From positions 1 through 40,361 of the IMG/VR virus record IMGVR_UViG_3300038749_000017: DNA of 40,361 nucleotides. One strand, given 5' to 3'. Under the pieces are notes generated by a model. The model did not search any database. It was not told where the DNA came from and saw only the letters and a list, made by a program, of their open reading frames with translations. Positions within the stretch are counted from its first letter, which is position 1. Each line of letters begins with the position of its first letter. Below, piece after piece: positions 24,589 to 35,000 of the stretch. The translations under genes and the position numbers were made by a program. This DNA comes from a virus. Lineage: Duplodnaviria; Caudoviricetes.

Positions 24589-25177
24589 CCAGTACGTTAA
24601 AGGTCTGCGCGAGCTAAACGACGCGCTAAACGCGCTGCCGCAGAACATCGCAAAGAACATCCTTCGCGGCGCTGTGAATGCCGGCGCCGCTGTCATTCGC
24701 AAAGAGGCGGCGCTCCGCGCGCCGGTGTATCAGCCCGGCAAGTACGGCGCACCTGACGAGCGCGTCGACCCCGGTCGGCTAAAGCGTGCCATCTATCAGA
24801 CGCATGCGCCCGAGCGCTCTAGCGCCATCGTGCAAACGGTGCTGGTCGGTGTTCGTCAAGGCAAAGACCAGCGCGCAAAGCGGCGCGGTAAGCGTGTCAT
24901 GAACCTTGACGCCCATTACGCGAAATGGGTCGAGTTCGGGCACTGGTACGTACCGCCGCGCACGACCGGCACACGCAAGGCGCATCGCGCGAAGTACGCA
25001 GCGCCGCCGGGCCGCTTTATCCCGGCGCAGCCGTTCATGCGGCCTGCATTTGAAGCGAAGAAAAACGCGGCGATTCAGGCCATCGAGCAATACCTACGCG
25101 AGCGCATCCCGCGCGAGGCGAGCAAGCTGGGCATTACCTATGCCGTCGATACAGGAACAGCTAACCACGCTGCTTAG
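24581..25177 (+). CDS. HK97 gp10-family neck protein
   Basis: VKGLREL...GA..IR.EA...AP...G.LK, WVEFG, AQPFMRPAFE. Confidence 0.85.
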   Translation: MADQYVKGLRELNDALNALPQNIAKNILRGAVNAGAAVIRKEAALRAPVYQPGKYGAPDERVDPGRLKRAIYQTHAPERSSAIVQTVLVGVRQGKDQRAKRRGKRVMNLDAHYAKWVEFGHWYVPPRTTGTRKAHRAKYAAPPGRFIPAQPFMRPAFEAKKNAAIQAIEQYLRERIPREASKLGITYAVDTGTANHAA

Positions 25178-25493
25178 TGGCGTTGCGTCTGGCGGAATCT
25201 TCCCGATGACCGCCGCGCAGAACGCCGCGCCGCCGTACCTGGTCTATCAGCGCGTCGCCGAGACCGTCGAGAACACCCTCGCCGGCAATGGCACTCCGCC
25301 GATTGCTAATACCCGCTTCCAGATTGACGTGTGGGCGAACACCTATGCACAGGCTGTCGCCCTCGCTGGAAGCGTTCGCGCGCTCATGCATGCATGGGCT
25401 GTACAGAACGTGCTCAACCTCGAAAACGACGAATACGAGCCAGACGTAATGCTCTATCGCGTCGTGCTCGATTACTCAGTCTGGCACTACTAA
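25140..25493 (+). CDS. Tail terminator (DUF3168-like)
   Basis: PYLVYQRV, RFQIDVWANTY; position before the tail tube gene. Confidence 0.8.
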   Translation: MPSIQEQLTTLLSGVASGGIFPMTAAQNAAPPYLVYQRVAETVENTLAGNGTPPIANTRFQIDVWANTYAQAVALAGSVRALMHAWAVQNVLNLENDEYEPDVMLYRVVLDYSVWHY

Positions 25494-25512
25494 GCATCAC
25501 CCCGCCCCCCTT

Positions 25513-25542
25513 GGCCCGTCTCGTGCGGGCCGTTCTTTTTTT
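25513..25542 (+). terminator. Terminator-like hairpin before the tail tube gene
   Basis: GGCCCGT-CTCGT-GCGGGCC then GTTCTTTTTTT. Confidence 0.5.
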
Positions 25543-25555
25543 GGAGCAAAGCGAA

Positions 25556-26191
25556 ATGCCAACCACCGCTATTTCCTCGCAAGGCTCGACGCTTCAAGTA
25601 TCGAGCGGCAACGGCGCTGCCAAGAACATCACCGGCATTGCGCTTGGCAATCCGACCATCCTCACCGCCGCCGCGCACGGCTTCAATAACGGCGATGTGG
25701 TGACGCTGGCCGGCATCGGCGGCACGACCGTGCTCAACGGCTTGCAGCTCGTCGTTAAGAACAAGACGACGAACACTTTCGCCGTTGACGTTGATACGAC
25801 CGGCGGCGCCGCGTACACGAGCGGCGGCACAGCCACGCCTGTTGCATGGCTGGGTATCGGCAACTTCAAGACCATCAAAGGCTTCGACGGCAAGAATGCG
25901 AAGCTCGACGCGACGAACCTGTCGAGCACTGCGAAAGAGTTCCGCATTGGCCTCTTTGACCCCGGCTCGTTCGGCTTCGATGTGGACGTGGACGCGACCG
26001 ACCCCGGCCAAGTGGCGTTGCAGGAGTACAAGGCTGCCGCGACGCTCGCCAATTACAAGCTGACCTTGCCGAACGGCAAGACGGCGACGTTCTCGGGCTT
26101 CGTTGAAACGTTCCCGTGGGATGGCGGCGTCGACAAGATCGTTTCGGCGAGCGTGAATATCATCATCACCGGTCCTGTGACCTATGCGTAA
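25556..26191 (+). CDS. Major tail tube protein with inserted beta domain
   Basis: DATNLSSTAKEFRIGLFDPG, DPGQVAL, F.G.V; GGAG RBS. Confidence 0.85.
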   Translation: MPTTAISSQGSTLQVSSGNGAAKNITGIALGNPTILTAAAHGFNNGDVVTLAGIGGTTVLNGLQLVVKNKTTNTFAVDVDTTGGAAYTSGGTATPVAWLGIGNFKTIKGFDGKNAKLDATNLSSTAKEFRIGLFDPGSFGFDVDVDATDPGQVALQEYKAAATLANYKLTLPNGKTATFSGFVETFPWDGGVDKIVSASVNIIITGPVTYA

Positions 26192-26201
26192 GGGGCGTTC
26201 C

Positions 26202-26558
26202 ATGCTGAGCAAAGAGCAAATCCTCACCGCAGACGATATCAAGACCGAAACCGTCGACGTTCCCGAGTGGGGCGGCTCGGTCATCATTCGGATGATGAGC
26301 GGGACAGCGCGCGACGCATACGAGGCAAGTATGGTCGGCTTCAAGAACGGGCAGCGCGTCGCAGACCTGACGAACATGCGCGCGAAGCTCGTCGCGGCGA
26401 CGCTGGTCGATGAGAGCGGCGAACCACTCTTCACCAGCGAAGCGGAGATTGCAGCGCTGGCCGCAAAAAGCGCCACTGCCCTGGAACGCTTGTTTAAGGT
26501 CGCGCAGCGCATCAACGGCCTCGGCAATGACAGCGTAGAGGAAGCGCAAAAAAACTAG
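26202..26558 (+). CDS. Tail assembly chaperone G
   Basis: LSKEQIL...VDVPEWGG, ends in slippery A AAA AAC TAG. Confidence 0.88.
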   Translation: MLSKEQILTADDIKTETVDVPEWGGSVIIRMMSGTARDAYEASMVGFKNGQRVADLTNMRAKLVAATLVDESGEPLFTSEAEIAALAAKSATALERLFKVAQRINGLGNDSVEEAQKN

Positions 26559-26890
26559 AGCGCCGCCCCGAGCGGCGTTTCTATTTTCGTCTCGCGCTCG
26601 CGCTCGGCATGACCGTAAGGCAATTGCTCGCCGTGATCGACAGCGCCGAACTTGCCGAGTGGATGGCGTTCGACCGCATCGACCCGTTCGGCGAGGGTCG
26701 CGCCGATTTGCGCGCCGGCATTATCGCGTCCGCTGCGGCGAATCATGGTTCTGTGGCGCTGCCAGAGCCTTACCAGCCGTCGCACTTCATGCCGTTCCTG
26801 CCGCGTGAGCCTGACAAACCGGTCTTGCTTGACGACCCGCAAAAGCAATCCGCGCTGATTCTTACTGCCGTCTTCGGGCGAAAGGTCTAG
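26549..26890 (+). CDS. Tail assembly chaperone T portion (-1 frameshift extension)
   Basis: -1 frame open from the AAAAAAC slip site through ORF 26609-26890 (ELAEWMAF..IDPFGE.RADLR). Confidence 0.8.
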   Translation, partial: KKLERRPERRFYFRLALALGMTVRQLLAVIDSAELAEWMAFDRIDPFGEGRADLRAGIIASAAANHGSVALPEPYQPSHFMPFLPREPDKPVLLDDPQKQSALILTAVFGRKV

Positions 26891-26892
26891 CT

Positions 26893-29658
26893 ATGTCCCT
26901 CGGTTCTCTCATCATTGAGCTGCAGGCGAACGTCGCGCGCCTTGATACCGACATGGGCGCGGCTGAGAGCGTCGTCGCCAATCGGGTCAAGCGCATTGAG
27001 TCACAGATTGCGCAAATCTCGCGCGCGGTCGAAGCCGGCGGCGCGGCGAACGCTTCGCAATTTGCCGACCGCATGCGCAATGCCGAAGTGGCTTTCGGGC
27101 GTGTCGGCGTATCGGCAGCGCAAGCGGCAAACGCCATGCGCATGGTGCCGGCGCAGATGACGGACATAGTCACGCAGCTTGCCGGCGGTCAGAATCCGCT
27201 GTTGGTGCTTACGCAGCAAGGCGGGCAACTGAAAGACATGTTTGGCGGCATCGGGCCAGCTATCAAGGGCGTAGGCACCTACATTGCCGCGCTACTTACG
27301 CCGGTCAATCTCGCGATTGCGGCAGTCGGCGGGCTAGCGTTCGCGATGTACAAGGGTCATGCAGAGGCGGAGGCTTTCAGCAAGTCGCTATTGCTAACCG
27401 GCAACTATGCCGGGATGACTGCGGACTCTTTTAATGACATGTCGAAGCGCGTCGCCGAGTCGACGCAGTCGACTGTCGGCGCATCGCGCGAAGCAATACA
27501 GGCGCTGGTTTCGACCGGCGCCTTTACGCGGCAGCAGATGAGCGCCGCCGCCGAAGGCATCATTGCCTATGCCCGCGTCAGCGGCGAGAAGGTCGAAGAC
27601 GTAGCGAAAGACTACGCAAAGATGACTGATGGTGTCGCCAAGTGGGCGGCAGAGCATAACCGCAGCATGCACTACATGACTGCGGCGACGTACGACCGCA
27701 TCAAGGCACTTGAAGACGCCGGGCGCACTGAGCAGGCGCTGATGCTCAACCTTGAAGCGCTGCATAACCGATTCGCCGACGTGTCGAAAGAAAAGCTCGG
27801 CGTCATCGAGCGTATGTGGCTCGGGGTCAAGGCAGCGATTAGCGGCACCTGGGAGGCGATGAAAGCCATCGGTCGACCCGAGACTACAGGCGACCGAATC
27901 GAAGCGCTAGAGCGCCAGCGTGCGGCAGCACAGCGCCGCTTTGACACTGCCGGCACCAATGCAACTGTCTGGACGCGCGAGAACGAGCAAGAGCTAGCGA
28001 ACTTGCGCGAGATGCAGCGGCTAGAGAACTCGCAAGCGTCGCGGCAGGCGTCGATTGCGCGCCAGCAGTCAGCGGCAATTAAGGCGGCCGATGATCTTGA
28101 AAAGCTGCGCGTGCAGTTCGACAAGTCATACGCGAAACAGAAGGAAATCACGAAGCTACAGCAAGACTTTTCAGCGCTCGCAGTCGCTAACCCGAACTCG
28201 CCCATGCTTAAGGGCGTCAAGGTCAGCGGCAGCGAGGAAACCGGGTTCAAGTTCTCTGGCGGCGCGTATGACAAAGCGCTCGCCGGCATCAATGACCGTT
28301 TCAAGGACACGAAAGCAGCGGGCATCGACAAGGCGAATCTGGACGCGCAGCTTCGCCCCATTGAAGACGCCATTAAGCGCGAAGACGATTTGCTCAAGCA
28401 GCGTGAGCGCATGCTGGCGAATCACTACCGCGCCGACATGATTTCATCGGCGGACTACTATCAAGGCCAGCGCAATGCGATTGAAGAGCACATCGCCAAA
28501 GTGCGCGCGAACTATGAGCAAGAGATAGCGCTCACGCAGCAGTACGCGCAGCGTGCCGGCGATGCGAAGACACGCATTGACGCCACCACCAAGGCGAAAG
28601 AGCTTGAGGACAGGATGAACCGCGCCATCGCGGAAAGCCTGTCAAAGCTCAACGAGCTGACGCCGCAACAGGCGCGCGACACCGAAGCCTATCGGATTGA
28701 AGTCGAGAAGCTGAATAGCGAACTCGCGAAGCTGCAAGGCCGTCTTGGCGAGAATGCCGCCGCCACGTTTGACCGCGCCCATGCCAGGCTATCGCAGCAG
28801 GCTTTTTTGCGCGGCGACGACAAGACTGCCGCCGACATTGATCGCGCCCGGCAGCTCACCATCGCGCAGGGCGAGCTAAACGAACAAAAGGCACTGGCGC
28901 AGCAGGTCATCGACCGCCTGAACATCGCGCAGGATGGCTACGCTGTACGCGCGCAAACAGGCGCGATGAATGAAATGGAAGCGCTCGCGCGTACGAGCGT
29001 TGCGCGCCAGAACGCTGCGCGCGAACTCGGCGCCATCGCTGACAAGATGACGGAAATCGCGATGCAGTCGGGCGACCCCAAGATGCTGCAATTCGCGCAA
29101 CAGTTCGACATTCAGGTTAAGCAGCTCGAAGCCAGCGCGGACGTGCTCTCTACCAAGCTCAGCGAAGCATTCTCGGGCGGCTTCGCGACGATGCTTACCG
29201 ACATGGTTAATCACACGAAGTCGCTCAAGGACGCCGTGAACGACTTCGCCGGCAGCATCACCCGCACGCTGACGCAGCTTGCCGCGAACGCCTTTGCGAA
29301 ACAGCTATTCCAGACGAAGGGCGCAGACGGCTCCGACTCATGGATAGGGACTGCTGTCTCGTTCATTTCGAAGATGTGGGGCGGCGGCATGGCCGATGGT
29401 GGCGACGTGCGGCCCGGCCATTTCTACGAAGTCGCGGAGAACGGCCCCGAGCTGCTGAACGTCGCGAACCGCACGTTTCTGATTGCCGGCCAGCAAGGCG
29501 GCACCGTCGTACCGATGCAAGCCGGCGGCGGCGGTGGCCGCCAGTCAATTTTTAACATGCACATCAACGTACCGCCGGGCACGACGCGGCAAAGCGCGCA
29601 GCAGCAGGCAGCGGCAATCATGCGTCACGCGTCGATTTCGCAAGCGAGGAACACCTAA
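26893..29658 (+). CDS. Tape measure protein (lambda H-like)
   Basis: 921-aa helical protein; QMTDIVTQLAGGQNPLLVLTQQGGQLKDMFGG; C-terminal ADGG..V.ENGPEL. Confidence 0.93.
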   Translation: MSLGSLIIELQANVARLDTDMGAAESVVANRVKRIESQIAQISRAVEAGGAANASQFADRMRNAEVAFGRVGVSAAQAANAMRMVPAQMTDIVTQLAGGQNPLLVLTQQGGQLKDMFGGIGPAIKGVGTYIAALLTPVNLAIAAVGGLAFAMYKGHAEAEAFSKSLLLTGNYAGMTADSFNDMSKRVAESTQSTVGASREAIQALVSTGAFTRQQMSAAAEGIIAYARVSGEKVEDVAKDYAKMTDGVAKWAAEHNRSMHYMTAATYDRIKALEDAGRTEQALMLNLEALHNRFADVSKEKLGVIERMWLGVKAAISGTWEAMKAIGRPETTGDRIEALERQRAAAQRRFDTAGTNATVWTRENEQELANLREMQRLENSQASRQASIARQQSAAIKAADDLEKLRVQFDKSYAKQKEITKLQQDFSALAVANPNSPMLKGVKVSGSEETGFKFSGGAYDKALAGINDRFKDTKAAGIDKANLDAQLRPIEDAIKREDDLLKQRERMLANHYRADMISSADYYQGQRNAIEEHIAKVRANYEQEIALTQQYAQRAGDAKTRIDATTKAKELEDRMNRAIAESLSKLNELTPQQARDTEAYRIEVEKLNSELAKLQGRLGENAAATFDRAHARLSQQAFLRGDDKTAADIDRARQLTIAQGELNEQKALAQQVIDRLNIAQDGYAVRAQTGAMNEMEALARTSVARQNAARELGAIADKMTEIAMQSGDPKMLQFAQQFDIQVKQLEASADVLSTKLSEAFSGGFATMLTDMVNHTKSLKDAVNDFAGSITRTLTQLAANAFAKQLFQTKGADGSDSWIGTAVSFISKMWGGGMADGGDVRPGHFYEVAENGPELLNVANRTFLIAGQQGGTVVPMQAGGGGGRQSIFNMHINVPPGTTRQSAQQQAAAIMRHASISQARNT

Positions 29659-29660
29659 AC

Positions 29661-30533
29661 ATGGCTTTCCTTGAATCCCCCCGTTTTCCCGACAACATCG
29701 CGTTCGGCGCGACTGTCGGGCCGGCTTATATGACGGTCGTTACGCCGGTGCACTCGGGCCGGGAATCGCGCGCTATCGCATGGACGCAACCCCGCTGCCA
29801 TTTCGAAGTGGGCCGCCGCCTGATGAGCGTCGCCGACACTGCCGCCATCGACGCGTTCTTTCGCGTCATGAAAGGCCGCGCGCACGGCTTCCGCATCAAG
29901 GACTGGACTGACTACAGCGTGACGACTGCAAACGGCGTCATTGCGTCGACGGTCACGCCGGGCGTCTTTCAGCTCAGCAAGGCATACGTTAGCGGCGCCC
30001 TCAGTGAGCTGCGCACCATCACAAAGCCTGTCGTCGGCACTGCGCAGCTCTTCCGCAATGCGGCGCCGGTGACTGCTGGCGGTGGCGCCGGCCAATATTC
30101 GCTCGACACCTCAACCGGCCTCGTGACGTTCGGCGCCGACGCGTCGCAGAACATCACCGGCTTTACACCTGGTGCAGTGACGGTGCTTAGCTTCGGGGCG
30201 GCGCTCACTGGCGCAGCCGTTGGCAAGTACGTCGGCGTGAGCAGCGTTAGCGGCACGCTAGGCACGACGCTAAACGGCAAGCTGTGGCAAATCACAGCGG
30301 TCGGCACGAATCAAATAACCATCGCGGCGAACACTACCGGCAACACCGGCACCGGTGGCGCGGCGAAACTCTATCCGCAAAGCTCGGACGTGCTGACGTG
30401 GGCGGGCCAGTTCGACGTGCCTGTTCGCTTCGATATTGACGAGATGAAAAAGCAAATCGTGGACCGTAGCGGCTCCAACGGCGAGCTACTTGTCGATTGG
30501 GGTTCAGTCCCGATCATCGAAATCCGGGTCTAG
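29661..30533 (+). CDS. Distal tail protein, DUF2460 (GTA-like)
   Basis: FLESPRFP, GP.Y.T.V, FFR..KGRAHGFRIKDWTDY, FDVPVRFD. Confidence 0.85.
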   Translation: MAFLESPRFPDNIAFGATVGPAYMTVVTPVHSGRESRAIAWTQPRCHFEVGRRLMSVADTAAIDAFFRVMKGRAHGFRIKDWTDYSVTTANGVIASTVTPGVFQLSKAYVSGALSELRTITKPVVGTAQLFRNAAPVTAGGGAGQYSLDTSTGLVTFGADASQNITGFTPGAVTVLSFGAALTGAAVGKYVGVSSVSGTLGTTLNGKLWQITAVGTNQITIAANTTGNTGTGGAAKLYPQSSDVLTWAGQFDVPVRFDIDEMKKQIVDRSGSNGELLVDWGSVPIIEIRV

Positions 30534-30535
30534 TC

Positions 30536-31627
30536 ATGCGCTCGATATCTGCCCCGCTCGCCGCGCATCTTGCCGGCGACGTGCAGACCATTTGCACGCT
30601 GTGGAAAGTCACGCGGCGGGATGGTCAGGTATTCGGCTTTACCGATCTTGACCGCGATGTGACCTATAGCGGTCTGACGTACACGTCGACAGGCGGCTAT
30701 ACGCATTCGCAAGTCGAAACGAGTTCGGACCTGTCGACCGGCAATCTTGAACTCTCCGCGATCTTTGAGCTAAGCCCCGTAACGAAAGTCGACCTTGAGG
30801 CAGGCGTGTGGGATTACGCCACGGTCTCTATTTCGCTCGTCAACTACGCCGATTTGAGCATGGGCGAGGCCGTGCTCGCGTCTGGCGTCTTGGGGCAGGT
30901 GACGCTGCTTAACGGGCAGTATCGCGTTGAAATTCGGTCGCTCTCGCAACTGATGCAGCAGCCATCGGGCGAACTCTACGGCGCGAGCTGTCGCGCAACA
31001 CTCGGCGATTCACGCTGCAAAGTCGCGCTCGGGCCGCTGACTGCTAGCGGCACTGTCGACACGGTCACGGACGCCTACACCTGGGCGGACCCGAGCCTGA
31101 CGCAGACCGGCCCGACCGTCGACTTTGCCGACACGACAGGCCGCACGATTCCCACGACGGCGCCGTACACGATCAAAGTCGTGCCGCCGACTGGCGGCGC
31201 TTTCGTTGCGAACTTGAGCGTAAAGGACGCGGCAGGCTCGGCATGGACACAAGTCGCCGGCTCGCCCGGCAGCAAGCAATACAGCGTGGCCGGCGACGGT
31301 ACTTACACGTTCAATAGTGGCGACGCGACGAAACAGCTTTTCCTCTCGTACAGCTATTCAATCGGTTACTTCGCATACGGCAAGGTGACATTCACCAGCG
31401 GCGATAACGCCGGGTACAGCGCAGAGGTAAAGGCGTTCGCGCCGGGCTTCGTTACTGTCGCCCTGCCGTTTCCGTTCCCGGTCGAGCCGGGGGATACCTA
31501 CACCATCAGCGCCGGTTGCGACCGCACTTTCGGCACCTGTAAGAACCGCTTTAACAACGTCGTCAACTTTCGCGGCGAGCCGTATGTACCCGGCCTCGAC
31601 ACGATCCTGCGCCCGCAAAGCAAATGA
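30536..31627 (+). CDS. Baseplate hub protein, DUF2163/BR0599 (GTA-like)
   Basis: W.VTRRDG..FGFTDLDRD, CRATLGDSRCKV, AGCDRTFGTCKNRFNNVVNFRGEP. Confidence 0.9.
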   Translation: MRSISAPLAAHLAGDVQTICTLWKVTRRDGQVFGFTDLDRDVTYSGLTYTSTGGYTHSQVETSSDLSTGNLELSAIFELSPVTKVDLEAGVWDYATVSISLVNYADLSMGEAVLASGVLGQVTLLNGQYRVEIRSLSQLMQQPSGELYGASCRATLGDSRCKVALGPLTASGTVDTVTDAYTWADPSLTQTGPTVDFADTTGRTIPTTAPYTIKVVPPTGGAFVANLSVKDAAGSAWTQVAGSPGSKQYSVAGDGTYTFNSGDATKQLFLSYSYSIGYFAYGKVTFTSGDNAGYSAEVKAFAPGFVTVALPFPFPVEPGDTYTISAGCDRTFGTCKNRFNNVVNFRGEPYVPGLDTILRPQSK

Positions 31628-32037
31628 TTACGCGCGACCAGTTCGTCGGCGAGGCTCGCACATGGCTACACACGCCGTGGCAGCATCAAGGCCGCCTTAA
31701 AGGTCTTGCGTGTGATTGCGTCGGCCTCGTCTTGGGAACAGCGCGCGCGCTCGGCCTGATCGACTTTGACTTCACGAACTATGAGCGCCGGCCAGATGGG
31801 GTCTCGCTGCGTGAGCACTGCAATCGGCTGATGCAGCCGATACCGGTCGCGGTGGCTGGCCCCGCTGATGTGCTGCTGTTCGCCTGGAATAACAGCCCGA
31901 TCCACCTCGCAATAGTGACCGGGCAAGACACGATTATTCACGCGTTCGCGATCAATAGGCGCGTGATCGAGCATCGCATAGACGAGCGCTGGCGCGTGCA
32001 GATTGCCGCCGCTTATCACATCGCTGGGGTTGAATAA
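31624..32037 (+). CDS. NlpC/P60 tail-associated peptidase
   Basis: ARTWLHTPWQHQGR...CDCVGL...HLAI...IIHA. Confidence 0.9.
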   Translation: MITRDQFVGEARTWLHTPWQHQGRLKGLACDCVGLVLGTARALGLIDFDFTNYERRPDGVSLREHCNRLMQPIPVAVAGPADVLLFAWNNSPIHLAIVTGQDTIIHAFAINRRVIEHRIDERWRVQIAAAYHIAGVE

Positions 32038-35000
32038 TGGGTCAGGTCGGGCAGCTCGCGCTAGGCGTCGTCGGCGCCGTCATCGGCGGGGTTGTCAGCT
32101 ATGGCAACCCGATGGCTATTCAAGCCGGCTTTATGATCGGCGCTGCAATCGGCGGCGTAGTCTTTCCTCCGAAGACGCCAGCGCCGCGCATCAATGATTT
32201 GCGCCTGCAAGACAGCGCATACGGGAAATTTATCCCGCGCGTGTACGGCCTGTTTCGTGTCGGGGGCAATTTGATTTGGGCGGGCCAGCCGTCGCAGCAC
32301 ACCTCCGGCGGCAAGGGCGCCGGCGGCAAGGGTCCGCAGCAATCCACAGTAACGATGAGCTTTGCCATCGGCCTATGTGAAGGGCCGATTTCTGGCGTGC
32401 GTCGCATCTGGGCTAACGGCAAACTGATTTACGACATTTCGAACCCGTCGAACTTCGAAGCCATCAGCGGCAGCAATCAGATGGTGGACAACTTCAAGGT
32501 CTACAACGGCGACGAAACGCAATTGCCTGACCCGACGATGGAGTCGGCACTAGGCATCGGCAACGTGCCGGCACATCGGGGCTTGGCCTACGTGGTCTTC
32601 AATGAACTCGACTTGTCACCGTGGGGCAGCTATCTGCCGTCATTCTCGTTCGAAGTCATAACGAACGTCGCGCCCACTTACACCGGCGCGACCATGTCGA
32701 CGTACACGCAGACGCCGGGGCAGGACATGGGCCAGATAAGCGGCCTGACGCCGCAGGGCGCAACGTTCATGAGCCTCGGCTACTGGACGAACTACTCAGG
32801 CCTCTACGTCGGCCAGCTCACGCCGTACGGCAGCAGCTTTACGAATCCATTCAGCTACACGGCGAGACTGACGCCCACGAACGCGCCGAACTGGGTTGCA
32901 GAGGCTGGGGGCTGGGCCGACGAACCCGGCATGCTCTGCCCTGACTCCGTGTACGGCGTATGGGGCTGGTACAAGCCAGACGGCACGGTCATGCTCGGCG
33001 CCGCCGGTCTGCCGAGCTGGGTCGCCGGCACCGGGCGCAACTACATCAAGAGCGGCGTCTGGCTTTACGCTACTTGCGCGATTGCCGGCCCCGATTGGCC
33101 GATTGTCAAATGCTCGCTCATGCCTACAGACTCGGACGGTTTTGCGCTCGCCGGGCAGACTGGGCAAATCGTCGCGTCGACAGCTCCGACGTATTGCGTG
33201 CTTCTGTTGGGCGTCACGTCGGCGTATCTGTACGCCGTAGACGTGAGCGCAGAAACGACGCGCGGCAGCATCTATCAGTTTGACGCGAATACTCTCGCGC
33301 TGGTCAATACATGGCCCGGCTCTGGACTGGATAGCACACGGCTCGGCTTCTCGTCTGCTGGGCACGTTGTGGACGACCGGCATATCTACATGTACGGCGG
33401 CAGTCGGCTTTACGTCTTTGATGCCGTGGCCGGCGTGATAACCAAACTTGCCGACGGTGTCACCGGTCTACCTTTTGCACCGAGCATGATGCAAGTCGTA
33501 TCACCGGGCTTTATCCTGTTCGGCTACGGGGGGGACTCGGACGCATCTTTCAGCTACCTGCAATTGGGCTACGCGACCACGACGGACGCGTCGATACCAC
33601 TGTCGACCGTCGTCGCGGATATCTGCGCGCGGGCTGGTCTTTCGCCATCGCAATACGATGTGGCCCAGTTGACTGACCGTGTCATCGGCTACGCCATCAC
33701 GACGAACGCGACGCCGCGCGACAACTTGGCCGCGCTCATGGCGGCGTATTTCTTCGACGTTACGGACTCGGACGGCAAACTTAAGTTCGTCAAGCGCGGC
33801 GGCGCTGCGGTCGGCACGTTCGCGTATGCCGACCTTGGCGCGTCGACTGCTATCGGCGACGACACCAACAGCACGCCGATTGAAGTCATTCGCCTGCAAG
33901 AAATCGACCTGCCGAAGTCGCTCGCGCTGACGTACATCGGCGCGCATTCGGACTACCACCCCGGCACGCAAACGGCATTCCGCACGACAACGCTCTCGAA
34001 CAAGGAAAGCGCGGCGAATCTGGCGGTTGTCCTCACGGACGATCAAGCCATGCAGAAAGCGCAATCGCTGCTGTGGGCGACGTGGCTTGCGCGCGAGCAA
34101 TTCACCTTCCAGACGCGGCTTGGCTATCTCAAGTACGAGCCGAACGACGTTGTAACGCTTGAAGGCGACGGCGTCAGCCACACCGTGCGCCTGACTTCGG
34201 TCAGCTATGACGGTCAAGGCGTCTTGAAATGGGGCGCAGTGTCGGAGCTGCCGGCGGTCTACATATCGACCGCAGTCGGTGCGCCGCCGGCAGGCTTCAC
34301 GCCGCAACCGATCGCATACGCCGGCGCTACAGCGCTCGCTGTGCTCGACGTGCCGCCGCTGCGCGATCAAGACGCCACGCCGGGCCTGTACCTGGGCGCT
34401 TGCGGTTACGCCGATTCGTGGCCGGGGTGCATTGTCGAAATCTCGCGCGACGGCTTGAGCTTTACTGACCTCGTCGCGATATCGCAGGCGTCGGTGATTG
34501 GCACAGTTTTAGGCGTGCTGCCGAACTTCACCGGCGGCAACCAGCCCGACGAGCTGAGCACGGTAACGGTTAGCGTGCTGTCTGGCTCGCTGTCGTCGGT
34601 CACTTATGCGAACTTCCTCGCTGGCGCGAACGCCGCCATCATTGGCGACGAGATTGTCTTTTTCCGCAATGCGACGCTGACTTCGGCGAAAACATACCAG
34701 CTAAGCGGCCTCCTGCGTGGCGTCGCGGGTACTGAATGGGCGATGACGACGCACGGCAACGGCGACAGATTCGTCCTTCTTGACCCGAGCAAGATCGTAG
34801 CCGCCGCCATCAATTCGAGCGACCTTGGCACGACGCTTTACTTTGAGGCGCGGCTAGCGAACATCAACGGCACGCAACCCGGCCCGAAACAAACGCTAGT
34901 GCCGGTCAATGAGCGCGTGCAGCCGCTCGCGCCTGTCATGTTCCGCGCGCTGAAAGGCTCAGCAGCGAGTACGTCCGACATTTCGCTCTTTTGGACGCGA

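Noticed and set aside
25490-26527. 345-aa minus-strand ORF
   Set aside because: Shadow of the tail tube and chaperone genes
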